DNA of 35,178 nt from Bacillota bacterium (GTDB lineage: Bacteria > Bacillota > Clostridia > Clostridiales > Clostridiaceae), in the NCBI GenBank assembly GCA_023427705.1, contig JAEZAL010000128.1, forward strand, positions 1-35,178. Reading direction: 5' to 3'. The notes beneath the pieces were generated by a model, which worked only from the letters and a program-made list of their open reading frames with translations, had not been told where the DNA came from and did no database searches. Made by a program: the position numbers and the translations under genes. This document shows, in pieces, positions 1 through 9,381 of the stretch; positions within the stretch are counted from its first letter, which is position 1; each line of letters opens with the position of its first letter.

Positions 1-1395
1 GATTTACATGCAAAAAGAGTTTTACCAGGATTTGATGAAAATGCTAAAATAAAATTACTTCAAAAATTAAAAGAAAAGGTTGAAGTTGTTATTTGTGTTT
101 ATGCTGGTGACATAGAAAGAAATAAAATTAGAGGTGACTTTGGTATTACATATGATTTGGAAGTTTTAAGATTAATAGATGATTTTAGAGCTTACGAATT
201 AGATGTAAATAGTGTTGTAATAACTAGATACGACGGGCAACCTGCAACAACAGTATTTATTAATAAACTTGAAAGACGAGGAATTAAAGTTTATAAACAT
301 AAAGCAACAGCTGGTTATCCAACAGATGTAGATACAATAGTTAGTGAAGAGGGCTATGGACAAAATCCATATATTGAAACATCAAAGCCAATAGTAGTGG
401 TTACTGCACCTGGACCTGGAAGTGGTAAATTAGCAACATGTTTAAGTCAGCTATATCATGAAAATAAAAGAGGAAACGTAGCTGGATATTCTAAATTCGA
501 AACTTTCCCAGTATGGAATGTTCCATTAAAGCATCCACTAAATATTGCATATGAAGCAGCCACTGTAGATTTAAAAGATGTAAATATGATAGATTCATTC
601 CATTTTGATGCTTATAATGAAGTTGCTGTTAATTATAATAGAGATATAGAGAGTTTCCCTGTATTAAAAAGAATAATAGAAAAAATTACTGGAAAAGAAT
701 CAATCTATAAATCACCAACTGATATGGGAGTAAATAGAGTTGGTTTTGGAATTATAAATGATGATATAGTTAAAGAAGCTTCTAAGCAAGAAATAATTAG
801 AAGATATTTTAAAACTATATGTGAATATAAAAAAGGATACATAGATAAGGATACTGCAAATAGAGCAAAGCTAATAATGGAAGAGTTAAACTTAAAAGAA
901 AGTGATAGAGCTGTTGTTACAGAGGCAAGAGAGTATTCTTTAAAGAAAAAAATTGAACATAAAAAAAGTGATATATTCTCTGCAGTATCATTACAATTGA
1001 ATGATGGAACTATAATTAATGGACGAGAATCTGAAATAATGGATGCACCAGCAGCAGTAATTTTAAATTCTATAAAGCATTTAGCTAATATTTCTGACGA
1101 TATCCATTTAATATCTCCAGTTATACTAGAACCAATACAAAATCTAAAGATTAATACATTAGGCATTAAAAATACAGTATTAAATTGTGAAGAAATATTA
1201 ATAGCATTAAGTATATGTGCTGCTACTAATCCAACTGCACAAGTTGCGTTAAGTAAGCTAGCAAATTTAAAAGGATGTCAAGCACATTCAACTACTATAA
1301 TATCTAATAATGATGAACAAACATTTAGAAGATTAGAAATAGATATTACCTGTGATCCAGAATATCAAAGTAAAAATTTATATTATAATAACTAA
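1..1395 (+). CDS. DUF1846 / UPF0371 family protein, 5'-partial
   Basis: Frame is open from base 1 ([16 protein letters not shown]...RGDFGITYD), so it starts before the window rather than at the TTG at 157. Motifs [29 protein letters not shown] and SPTDMGVN are typical of the family. Confidence 0.88.
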   Translation, partial: DLHAKRVLPGFDENAKIKLLQKLKEKVEVVICVYAGDIERNKIRGDFGITYDLEVLRLIDDFRAYELDVNSVVITRYDGQPATTVFINKLERRGIKVYKHKATAGYPTDVDTIVSEEGYGQNPYIETSKPIVVVTAPGPGSGKLATCLSQLYHENKRGNVAGYSKFETFPVWNVPLKHPLNIAYEAATVDLKDVNMIDSFHFDAYNEVAVNYNRDIESFPVLKRIIEKITGKESIYKSPTDMGVNRVGFGIINDDIVKEASKQEIIRRYFKTICEYKKGYIDKDTANRAKLIMEELNLKESDRAVVTEAREYSLKKKIEHKKSDIFSAVSLQLNDGTIINGRESEIMDAPAAVILNSIKHLANISDDIHLISPVILEPIQNLKINTLGIKNTVLNCEEILIALSICAATNPTAQVALSKLANLKGCQAHSTTIISNNDEQTFRRLEIDITCDPEYQSKNLYYNN

Positions 1396-1400
1396 TATAC

Positions 1401-1435
1401 AATGAAGCTGCTTTAAAGTAGCTTCATTATTTTTT
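1401..1435 (+). terminator. Rho-independent terminator
   Basis: AATGAAGCTGC-TTTAAA-GTAGCTTCATT followed by a T tract, just after the stop. Confidence 0.8.
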
Positions 1436-1499
1436 ACATTATTTATTTAAAATCGTTCTTTTGGGAAATACTACTCTTAACAGAATAGGAGGTTTCGTT

Positions 1500-3164
1500 A
1501 TGGAAAAAGAATGTTTAGTGAAAGTTATTCCATTAGGTGGAGTTGGTGAAATAGGAAAAAATATAACTGCTATTGAAGTAGAAAATGAAATAATAGTAAT
1601 AGATTGTGGGATTGCCTTCCCTGATGAAGAAATGTATGGTGTGGATCTTATAATACCAGATATATCATATTTAATACAAAATGAAAAAAAAGTTAAAGGT
1701 TTTTTTATAACACATGGTCATGAAGATCATATAGGAGCAATACCATATATTTTAAAGCAAATGAACGTACCTATATATGGAAGTAAATTAGCATTAGCTA
1801 TAATAGAGACAAAACTTAAAGAGCATAATTTACTAGATATAACTAAGCTTATTAGTGTTGATCCAGGTTCAAAAGTAAATTTTGATAGTTTAAGTATTGA
1901 ATTTATTCAAAGTACTCATAGTATTGCAGAATCATGTTGTTTATCAATTACAACTCCTATAGGGGTTATATTTCATACTGGAGATTTTAAAATTGATTTA
2001 ACACCTATTGACGAGAAGGTAATAGATTTAGATAGGATTTCTACTATAGGAAGAGAAGGAGTATTATTATTAATGGCTGACAGTACTAATGTTGAGAGAA
2101 GTGGATATACAATGTCAGAAAGATCAATAGGTAATACTTTTGATAGAATTTTTAGAGGAGCTAAAGGAAGAATAATTATAGCTACATTTGCTTCAAATAT
2201 TCATAGAATGCAGCAAATTGTAAATTCTTCTTTAGAATGTAATAGAAGAATAGCATTTTCAGGTAGAAGTATGGAAAGTATATCTAAGCTTGCTTTAGAA
2301 CTTGGATATTTACATATTCCTGAAGATATGATTATAGAAATTGATGATATTAACAACTATAATAATGAAAATATAACTATAATAACTACAGGAAGCCAAG
2401 GAGAACCTATGGCAGCTTTGGCTAGGATAGCGTATGGTAATCATAAAAAAATAAAAATACAAAGCGATGATTTGTTTGTAATATCAGCTTCACCGATTCC
2501 AGGTAATGATAAGCTTATTTCAAAAGTAATAAATGAATTATTTAAAAAGGGTGCTGAAGTTATTTATGAAGATTTAGAAGAGGTTCATGTTTCAGGTCAT
2601 GCATATAGGGAAGAATTAAAATTAATACATAGACTAATTAAACCAAAATATTTTATGCCTGTTCATGGAGAATACAGACATTTAAAACATCATAAGGATT
2701 TGGCAATTACACTTGGAATGAATAATAAAGATGTATTTATATTAGAAAGAGGTCAAGTATTGCAAATTGATAGTCAAGATGCAAAAATAGCAGGAAAAGT
2801 TCCTTCAGGAACAATATTAGTTGATGGATTAGGTGTAGGAGACGTAGGAACTTTAGTATTAAGGGATAGGAAGCACTTAGCTCAAGATGGATTAGTTAAT
2901 ATTGTAGTTACAATAGAAAAAGAAAGTTATGCTATAATAGCTGGGCCTGATATAATCACAAGAGGGTTTGTTTATGTAAAAGAATCAGAAGAATTAATTA
3001 ATGAACTTAAAGAAATAGCAACTGAAGAACTACAAAATTGTTTAGATGAAAAAATACTTGAATGGTATCTAATAAAAACTAATATAAAGAAGGCTTTAGA
3101 AAGATTTATATATGATAAAACTAAAAGAAGACCAACAATTATACCAATTATTATGGAAATTTAG
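1500..3164 (+). CDS. rnj: Ribonuclease J
   Basis: PLGGVGEIGKN, HGHEDHIG, HTGDFK, TGSQGEP, HVSGH and PVHGEYRH motifs. AGGAGG at 1487-1492 supports ATG 1500. Confidence 0.93.
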   Translation: MEKECLVKVIPLGGVGEIGKNITAIEVENEIIVIDCGIAFPDEEMYGVDLIIPDISYLIQNEKKVKGFFITHGHEDHIGAIPYILKQMNVPIYGSKLALAIIETKLKEHNLLDITKLISVDPGSKVNFDSLSIEFIQSTHSIAESCCLSITTPIGVIFHTGDFKIDLTPIDEKVIDLDRISTIGREGVLLLMADSTNVERSGYTMSERSIGNTFDRIFRGAKGRIIIATFASNIHRMQQIVNSSLECNRRIAFSGRSMESISKLALELGYLHIPEDMIIEIDDINNYNNENITIITTGSQGEPMAALARIAYGNHKKIKIQSDDLFVISASPIPGNDKLISKVINELFKKGAEVIYEDLEEVHVSGHAYREELKLIHRLIKPKYFMPVHGEYRHLKHHKDLAITLGMNNKDVFILERGQVLQIDSQDAKIAGKVPSGTILVDGLGVGDVGTLVLRDRKHLAQDGLVNIVVTIEKESYAIIAGPDIITRGFVYVKESEELINELKEIATEELQNCLDEKILEWYLIKTNIKKALERFIYDKTKRRPTIIPIIMEI

Positions 3165-3212
3165 TAAAAATAATATATAATATAATATAAAAATAGAAAT
3201 GGAGGGGTTTTA

Positions 3213-3941
3213 ATGAAAAAAATTGCAGCATTTTTTGATATCGATGGAACAATATATAGAGAAGGATTAATTACCGAAGTTTTTAAGAAGATTATAAAGT
3301 ATGAATTAGTAAGTGAAAACAAATGGTATAAAGAAGTAAGACCTGCTTACTTAAAGTGGGATAAAAGACAAGGTGATTATGATACATACTTACTAAAAAT
3401 GGTAGATATATATACTGAAGCTATAAAAGGAATTGATGAATTTCATATAGATTATATAGCAAATAAAGTTATAGAGCAAAAGGGTGATAGAGTTTATACT
3501 TTTAGTAGAGAACGAATTAAATGGCATCAAGAACAAGGTCATATGGTTATTGCAATTTCAGGTTCACCTAATGCATTAGTAAGAGAAATGTCTAAAAAAT
3601 ACAATATGGATGATTATAAGGGCACAATATATAAATTAGATGGTAATAATAAGTATAGTGGTGAAGTAATTCCGATGTGGGATCATGAAAGCAAATTGTC
3701 AGCTATAAAAGAATTTGAAAAGAAGTATAATATTGACCTAAGTAAGAGCTATGCATATGGAGATACATCAGGAGACATAACAATGTTTAAATCTGTAGGA
3801 ATACCTTATGCAATAAATCCAACTAAAGAACTTTTAGATAAGGTTATGAAAAATGAAGAAATAAAAAATAAGATTAAAGTTATAGTTGAGCGTAAAGATG
3901 TAACTTATAGCTTAGATGTTAATTGTATAAATCTTTTATAA
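3213..3941 (+). CDS. HAD-IB family hydrolase (SerB-like)
   Basis: FFDIDGT motif I, ISGS motif II, YGDTSGD motif IV; GGAGG RBS. Confidence 0.88.
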   Translation: MKKIAAFFDIDGTIYREGLITEVFKKIIKYELVSENKWYKEVRPAYLKWDKRQGDYDTYLLKMVDIYTEAIKGIDEFHIDYIANKVIEQKGDRVYTFSRERIKWHQEQGHMVIAISGSPNALVREMSKKYNMDDYKGTIYKLDGNNKYSGEVIPMWDHESKLSAIKEFEKKYNIDLSKSYAYGDTSGDITMFKSVGIPYAINPTKELLDKVMKNEEIKNKIKVIVERKDVTYSLDVNCINLL

Positions 3942-3945
3942 GAAA

Positions 3946-3974
3946 TAGACAATATACTTCTTAGGTTATATAAT
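3946..3974 (+). promoter_or_regulatory. Putative sigma-A promoter
   Basis: TAGACA-17 nt-TATAAT upstream of the ORF at 4018. Confidence 0.55.
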
Positions 3975-4017
3975 ATTAAAGAAATATTGCATATAATATT
4001 ATTTTAAGGAGAAAAAC

Positions 4018-4527
4018 ATGCTAACTATAGACAACAAAGTAATTGAAGAAAAAATTAAGCAGTTAAGAAAAGCTATTGAAATTGTTGGAGGAAAATCTTT
4101 ATTAGATGAGTTTAAAAATAATGGAGATTTAGCTAATTATATTCTAAATAGTTCTTTTCAAGGAGAAAAAGCTACATTTAATATAATGAATAATGAATAT
4201 TCAGTAAATGAATTATTCAAGTTAAAATTAGATTATGAAAAAAATTATATAAAAACCAAAAAAGTATATATAGAAAAAATAGTATACAAGATAAAAGAGT
4301 ATAATACTTATTTAGACTCTTTAATAAGAAAGTATAGAAAAAATGGTGGATTAGAAGAGTTTAGAAGTATTAAAGAAGAAATTGATTTAAGGTATCATAA
4401 GGATATTAATAGTTTTCTACTTAATAAAATAGACAGTGAAATTGAAAATAGTAATGACTTTTACGGTGAATATTTAGGTTCAAAAAAAGAAGATTTTATA
4501 AATTCTATAATATGTTCTATAGTTTAA
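4018..4527 (+). CDS. Hypothetical protein (169 aa)
   Basis: AAGGAG RBS, own putative promoter, genome-typical codon use; no motif recognised. Confidence 0.75.
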   Translation: MLTIDNKVIEEKIKQLRKAIEIVGGKSLLDEFKNNGDLANYILNSSFQGEKATFNIMNNEYSVNELFKLKLDYEKNYIKTKKVYIEKIVYKIKEYNTYLDSLIRKYRKNGGLEEFRSIKEEIDLRYHKDINSFLLNKIDSEIENSNDFYGEYLGSKKEDFINSIICSIV

Positions 4528-4589
4528 ATCATAAAATAAACTCTTAAGGGCAAAATAATACCGAAGTACAACCTTAGGAGGGAGTAATT

Positions 4590-4745
4590 ATGAGTAACAA
4601 ACTAATGAAAAAAGTAAAAAGAACATTAAAAAACGGCCGAGCTAAAAGCATGATATTAGTAGAAATGGCTGATGATTTTATGGATATTATTCAAAATGCA
4701 AAGACATATAAGAGAATAAACAAACAAAGAAAAAAATTTAAATAG
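4590..4745 (+). CDS. Small basic hypothetical protein (51 aa), not in ORF track
   Basis: AGGAGGGAG RBS, then MSNKLMKKVKRTLKNGRAKSMILVEMADDFMDIIQNAKTYKRINKQRKKFK*, followed directly by a terminator. Confidence 0.7.
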   Translation: MSNKLMKKVKRTLKNGRAKSMILVEMADDFMDIIQNAKTYKRINKQRKKFK

Positions 4746-4752
4746 TAAAAAG

Positions 4753-4783
4753 TAATAGCTTAAGCCTAAGGCTTAAGCTATTA
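4753..4783. terminator. Bidirectional terminator
   Basis: Perfect 15-bp inverted repeat TAATAGCTTAAGCCT-A-AGGCTTAAGCTATTA between convergent genes. Confidence 0.82.
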
Positions 4784-4785
4784 TT

Positions 4786-5985
4786 TTAATACATTTGCTT
4801 AATTGTAAATCCATGGTTATTTAAAGTATCTTTTATTAACTCAATATGATTAAGCCCATTAGTTTCAACAGTAACCTCTAATAGAACATTTTTTAATCTA
4901 TTGGATGCTTTAAATTGATTATGTTCTAGCTGTACAACATTTGCATTTAATTCAGATAATATCTTGGATATTTCTTGGAGTTGTCCAGGAATATCAGGAA
5001 GCTCTACTGAAAAACAGAAAAGTCGTCCTCTTTCAACTAACCCATCACTTATTAAAGATGATATTGTTAGCATATCAATATTTCCACCACTAATTATCGA
5101 TACAACTTTTTTATTACATAAATTTAATTTTCTTAAAGCAGCTAATGAAGCTGCACCAGATGCTTCAGCTAATAACTTATGCTTTTCACACAAGATTAAA
5201 AATGCTTCAGCAATTTCTTTATCAGATACTGTTACAATATCATCTACATATTCTCTTATTAAGTTAAAAGTCAATTCTCCAGGACTTTTAACAGCTATAC
5301 CATCTGCAATTGTATTTACTGATGATAAAGATATTAGACTTCCACTTTTAAAGCTTTCCTCCATTGCATTAGCACCTTCAGCTTGCACGCCTATTATTTT
5401 AATATTTGGATTAATTTCTTTAGCCGCTAAGGATATTCCACTAATTAATCCACCACCACCGATTGGACATACTATAACATCAACATCATTAAGATCTTCT
5501 AATATTTCTAAGGCTATAGTACCTTGTCCATAAATAATACTAATATCATTAAATGGATGTATGAAAATAGCGTCTTTTTCAGATTCAATAGATTTTGCTT
5601 TTAAATAAGCATCATCATAGCAAGTACCACTTAAAACAACATTTCCACCAAAACCTTGAGTTGATTGAATTTTTAAATATGGTGTATTCTTGGGCATAAC
5701 AATGGTTGAATAAACCCCAAGAAGATTAGCAGCATAAGCAACTCCTTGAGCATGGTTACCTGCAGATGAGCATACAACACCTTTTAATTTTTCATCTTCA
5801 CTTAATGACCTTATTTTATTAAGAGCGCCTCTTATTTTATAAGCACCAGTTAGTTGTAAATTTTCACATTTCATATAAACTGAACAATTATTGATTGATG
5901 AAAAAACATTACTATGTATTAAAGGGGTTTTGTTAATAACATCTTTTATATTTTCTCTTGCCTTTTTAATTTCTTTTAAATGCAT
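4786..5985 (-). CDS. ilvA: Threonine ammonia-lyase with a single C-terminal ACT domain
   Basis: KCENLQLTGAYKIRGA (PLP lysine), SAGNHAQG, PIGGGGL, SGGNID; C-terminal ELPDIPGQL ACT start. Confidence 0.9.
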   Translation of the reverse strand: MHLKEIKKARENIKDVINKTPLIHSNVFSSINNCSVYMKCENLQLTGAYKIRGALNKIRSLSEDEKLKGVVCSSAGNHAQGVAYAANLLGVYSTIVMPKNTPYLKIQSTQGFGGNVVLSGTCYDDAYLKAKSIESEKDAIFIHPFNDISIIYGQGTIALEILEDLNDVDVIVCPIGGGGLISGISLAAKEINPNIKIIGVQAEGANAMEESFKSGSLISLSSVNTIADGIAVKSPGELTFNLIREYVDDIVTVSDKEIAEAFLILCEKHKLLAEASGAASLAALRKLNLCNKKVVSIISGGNIDMLTISSLISDGLVERGRLFCFSVELPDIPGQLQEISKILSELNANVVQLEHNQFKASNRLKNVLLEVTVETNGLNHIELIKDTLNNHGFTIKQMY

Positions 5986-6120
5986 ATGTTTCCACCTCTA
6001 GAAAATTTTATTATAAACATTATATCATTGGATAATAAATATATGAAGATTTAAAATTTTTAGAAAGTATAATTTATTGAAAATAATATAAAAATAATAT
6101 AAAAGAAAGGAGGAATTTAA

Positions 6121-6282
6121 GTGGATAAGAATTTACTTGATTTATGTAATGTTGGAAATTTTACTAAGATTGCAGTAAAAAGATTTGAAGAAAATATAGT
6201 TAATAAAACAAATTATTTAGAAAGTGTTAAAAAAAGTAGTCTAGGAGAGGAATATGACTTTAAGGAGGATTCAAATGAATAG
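6121..6282 (+). CDS. Small hypothetical protein (53 aa), not in ORF track
   Basis: AAAGGAGG RBS before GTG; MDKNLLDLCNVGNFTKIAVKRFEENIVNKTNYLESVKKSSLGEEYDFKEDSNE*; overlaps the SDR start by 8 nt. Confidence 0.65.
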   Translation: MDKNLLDLCNVGNFTKIAVKRFEENIVNKTNYLESVKKSSLGEEYDFKEDSNE

Positions 6283-7138
6283 TAACTTCCCTAAAAGTTT
6301 TCCAGCTCAAAAGCAAAATGTACAACCAGGAATAGAAGAGAATATGAATCCTAAACCTGTTTATAAAAATGATAATTTATCTAATCAAGGAAAGCTTAAA
6401 GATAAAGTTGCCATTATTACTGGTGGAGATAGTGGAATAGGCAGAGCAGTTGCTATTGCGTATGCTAAGGAAGGTGCTAAAGTAGCTATTATATATCTAA
6501 ATGAACATAAAGATGCTGAAATTACAAAAAATGAAATTGAATCTTTAGGTGGTGAATGCCTTTTATTAAATGGAGATATAGGCGATGAGGAATTTTGCAT
6601 AAATGCTATAAATAATATTAAAAGCAAATTTAATAAAATTAATATTATAGTAAATAATTCAGCAGAGCAACATACCTGTAACAGTTTAGAGGATATAACA
6701 ACTGAACAGTTTCAAAAGACATTTAAAACTAATGTATTTGGGGCATTTTATATTACAAAGCAAGCATTAAAATATTTATCAGATGGAGATTGCATAATAA
6801 ACACAACATCCATTACTGCTTATAAAGGAAATGAAAAGCTAATAGATTATTCCATGACTAAAGGAGCATTAACAACATTTACACGTTCATTAGCTTTAAA
6901 TTTAGTTGGTAAAGGAATAAGAGTAAATGCAGTTGCGCCAGGGCCGGTTTGGACACCACTTATACCAGCTTCATTTGATGAGGTGCAAGTATCTATGTTT
7001 GGTCAAAATAATCCTATGAAAAGACCTGCTCAACCTGTAGAAATAGCTGAAGCATATGTTTTCTTAGCTAGTGAAGGAGCTAGCTTTATAACTGGTGAAA
7101 CTATACATATAAATGGTGGAGAAATAGTTAATTCTTAA
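6275..7138 (+). CDS. SDR oxidoreductase, YhdF/YdaD-like
   Basis: TGGDSGIGRA, YSMTK catalytic motif, VAPGPVWTPLIP, N-terminal QPG extension. AAGGAGG supports ATG 6275. Confidence 0.9.
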   Translation: MNSNFPKSFPAQKQNVQPGIEENMNPKPVYKNDNLSNQGKLKDKVAIITGGDSGIGRAVAIAYAKEGAKVAIIYLNEHKDAEITKNEIESLGGECLLLNGDIGDEEFCINAINNIKSKFNKINIIVNNSAEQHTCNSLEDITTEQFQKTFKTNVFGAFYITKQALKYLSDGDCIINTTSITAYKGNEKLIDYSMTKGALTTFTRSLALNLVGKGIRVNAVAPGPVWTPLIPASFDEVQVSMFGQNNPMKRPAQPVEIAEAYVFLASEGASFITGETIHINGGEIVNS

Positions 7139-7140
7139 TT

Positions 7141-7168
7141 AAAGGAGCTGTTGAACAGCTCCTTTTTT
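7141..7168 (+). terminator. Rho-independent terminator
   Basis: AAAGGAGCTGTT-G-AACAGCTCCTTT plus T tract. Confidence 0.85.
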
Positions 7169-7178
7169 ATTAGGTTAA

Positions 7179-7207
7179 TTGAAAATTATTACATTTTAGG
7201 GTATAAT
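7179..7207 (+). promoter_or_regulatory. Putative sigma-A promoter
   Basis: TTGAAA-17 nt-TATAAT. Confidence 0.65.
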
Positions 7208-7238
7208 TTAATTAAAATTAGTTAAAAGGGTGATTCAT

Positions 7239-7517
7239 ATGGAGTTGATTATTGTTTGTGTATTTTTTTATTTAGTATGTTCATGGCTTGGAAGCTCTAA
7301 CGGTAATAGCAGTTCTTATAATAATAACTATTATAAAAAGAAGTATTACAAAGGTAATACATTCTCATCTGGTAGAAATACTTTCAAATCTAATGGTAAT
7401 AAATCAGGTGATGATTTTGAAGAAGCTGTTAGTTTTTATGATAGAGAAGGAAATGAACATATAATAGATGATGACAACTACTGTGAAGATTGTGATGATT
7501 ACCATGACAATTATTAA
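7239..7517 (+). CDS. Small membrane-anchored hypothetical protein
   Basis: Hydrophobic N-terminus, N/S/Y/K-rich linker, acidic tail with CEDC..YH; AAGGGTGA RBS; flanked by promoter and terminator. Confidence 0.7.
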   Translation: MELIIVCVFFYLVCSWLGSSNGNSSSYNNNYYKKKYYKGNTFSSGRNTFKSNGNKSGDDFEEAVSFYDREGNEHIIDDDNYCEDCDDYHDNY

Positions 7518-7545
7518 TATTGGAGATAGTAAAACATTATTTAAT

Positions 7546-7576
7546 AAAGCTGTTACTTTTTTTAGTAACAGCTTTT
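7546..7576. terminator. Terminator between convergent genes
   Basis: AAAGCTGTTACT-TTTTTT-AGTAACAGCTTT. Confidence 0.78.
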
Positions 7577-7657
7577 CAAATTAAATCGAATTCAGTTAGA
7601 TTAAAGATACAACTTTTATTACTAGATTTTTATAAATAACAAAGTAAAGTTTTATTA

Positions 7658-9265
7658 TTAAAAACCACCAGATGATCCACCACCGCCACCATTAAATCCA
7701 CTGCCTGACGAAAAGCTACTAAAACTATTATTTCCTCCATTATTCGAAGAATTACTTATCTTTTCTTCTGTAGAAGAATGTATTTTATCAAATAAAAAGT
7801 AATTATTCATATAAAAGTAGTAATAGCTATTTTGGTTAATGCTATTTTCTTTTGGATAAATATCTAAATCAATATAATCAATGCCCAATGCAGATGAGTA
7901 AACAATAGATTCTTTAATATTTAAAATATCTTTCTGTTCAATTAGAGATAATAAATGTTTTTTATAGGCATCCCATTTTAAATACTTATCATAAGCTTCA
8001 TTATTTAAAACTTCCTTATTCCTAATAGTAGTATATAAATTAAGTCTTCTACCATCTATTTTAATTTGATTTATAAAATCCCAATAAGAATTATTAAATT
8101 TTTTAGCTTTCTTAGAGCTATTTTCAACAAGTTTTTTTATTGAAAGTAAATTAAATTCATTATTTTCATTTTCATATTTTTTAAACCAATTAATTAGTAT
8201 TTTTAAGTGGGGATAATCACAATCATAAACATCTTTAATTCTAGTAAATATTATATTTTCAAGATTACTATCTTTATCTAAAGAAGTATTTAATTTATAT
8301 ATTCCTATATTAGCAAGATATAATAATGTTGAAGGTACAAGAGACCAACATATATTGTTTTTATTATAAATATACGCTACTATAGTTGGACTTTCATTAG
8401 ATGGCGGAAAAAGCAAGTATTCTTCATTAGTAAAAGGATATTGAGAACGATATTCCTCCAATTCCTTATTGAATAGTTTCTTATTGCGTTTATAAACAAG
8501 ATAAAAAACTAATGAAATAATAGCAATTAATATGAATGAAGGAACTAAGAAAAATGGATTAAATTTATCTTCGCCTATACTAGCTTCATTATAGTAAGTA
8601 TCAATAGGAGTTACACTTAAGAAATCTTTTTGAAATCTTAACTTAATTCCTATGTCAGAAGTTAGGTTATTTCCAGTTATTATAATTCTATCTTCAGTTG
8701 TTTCAGTATTAAAACTTCCGTCTCCAAAAACAATATAATAAAGATCGTTAGCATTAAATATAGAATTATTAAGTTTTAAATTTAAATTAACTTTATTTAC
8801 AGGTGTATCAGAAGAGGCAGTATAGAAACTCCAATATAAAGAACTGTAGTCTTTATATTTTTCAGCTACATTTTTTGCTGTATATTTAATATTAAATTTC
8901 TTTTCTTCATTAGAACTTTTTGAGTATACTTTAATTTGGATTTTATCATCATATTCTAAAATTTCATAACTATCTTCTGATTCATCATTCTTAAGTTCCA
9001 AAGAATTAGAACCAGTTGAGTCAATAACTAATACTTCTGAAATATTATATCCTTCAGAACCTTTTAAATTTAAGTCTATATATATTCCGTTAAAGTCACC
9101 ATTAAAATTATAAATAAAAGTTTCATCTACATATACATCACCATTTTCTTTTATTTCAGCATTTATAGAAAGATTATTGATATTGTATGACCTTGAATCA
9201 GCTGATACATTTATGGGAATTAGCAAAAGTAGAAAAGTGGTTAAAGCTAATATTATTTTTTTCAA
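7658..9265 (-). CDS. DUF2207 family membrane protein
   Basis: Signal peptide, NGDVYVDETFIYNFNGDFNGIY and LYW motifs, TM helix, Gly/Ser-rich tail ending GGGGGSSGGF; TTG start with AAGGGGGA RBS. Confidence 0.85.
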   Translation of the reverse strand: MKKIILALTTFLLLLIPINVSADSRSYNINNLSINAEIKENGDVYVDETFIYNFNGDFNGIYIDLNLKGSEGYNISEVLVIDSTGSNSLELKNDESEDSYEILEYDDKIQIKVYSKSSNEEKKFNIKYTAKNVAEKYKDYSSLYWSFYTASSDTPVNKVNLNLKLNNSIFNANDLYYIVFGDGSFNTETTEDRIIITGNNLTSDIGIKLRFQKDFLSVTPIDTYYNEASIGEDKFNPFFLVPSFILIAIISLVFYLVYKRNKKLFNKELEEYRSQYPFTNEEYLLFPPSNESPTIVAYIYNKNNICWSLVPSTLLYLANIGIYKLNTSLDKDSNLENIIFTRIKDVYDCDYPHLKILINWFKKYENENNEFNLLSIKKLVENSSKKAKKFNNSYWDFINQIKIDGRRLNLYTTIRNKEVLNNEAYDKYLKWDAYKKHLLSLIEQKDILNIKESIVYSSALGIDYIDLDIYPKENSINQNSYYYFYMNNYFLFDKIHSSTEEKISNSSNNGGNNSFSSFSSGSGFNGGGGGSSGGF

Positions 9266-9381
9266 TATAATTCCCCCTTTTTTATAGAAATAAAGTACAC
9301 ATTATATATTATAATTTAAACATTTACAAATTGCACTATGTATGTATAATATTATATATAATAGCAAAAGGAGTGATTTAC

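Noticed and set aside
705..1166. Antisense ORFs in the track (also 4964, 6385, 11259, 18080, 22062, 22668, 24985, 26448, 30472, 31600, 34466)
   Set aside because: They lie opposite well-supported genes and have no recognisable motifs; treated as shadow ORFs.
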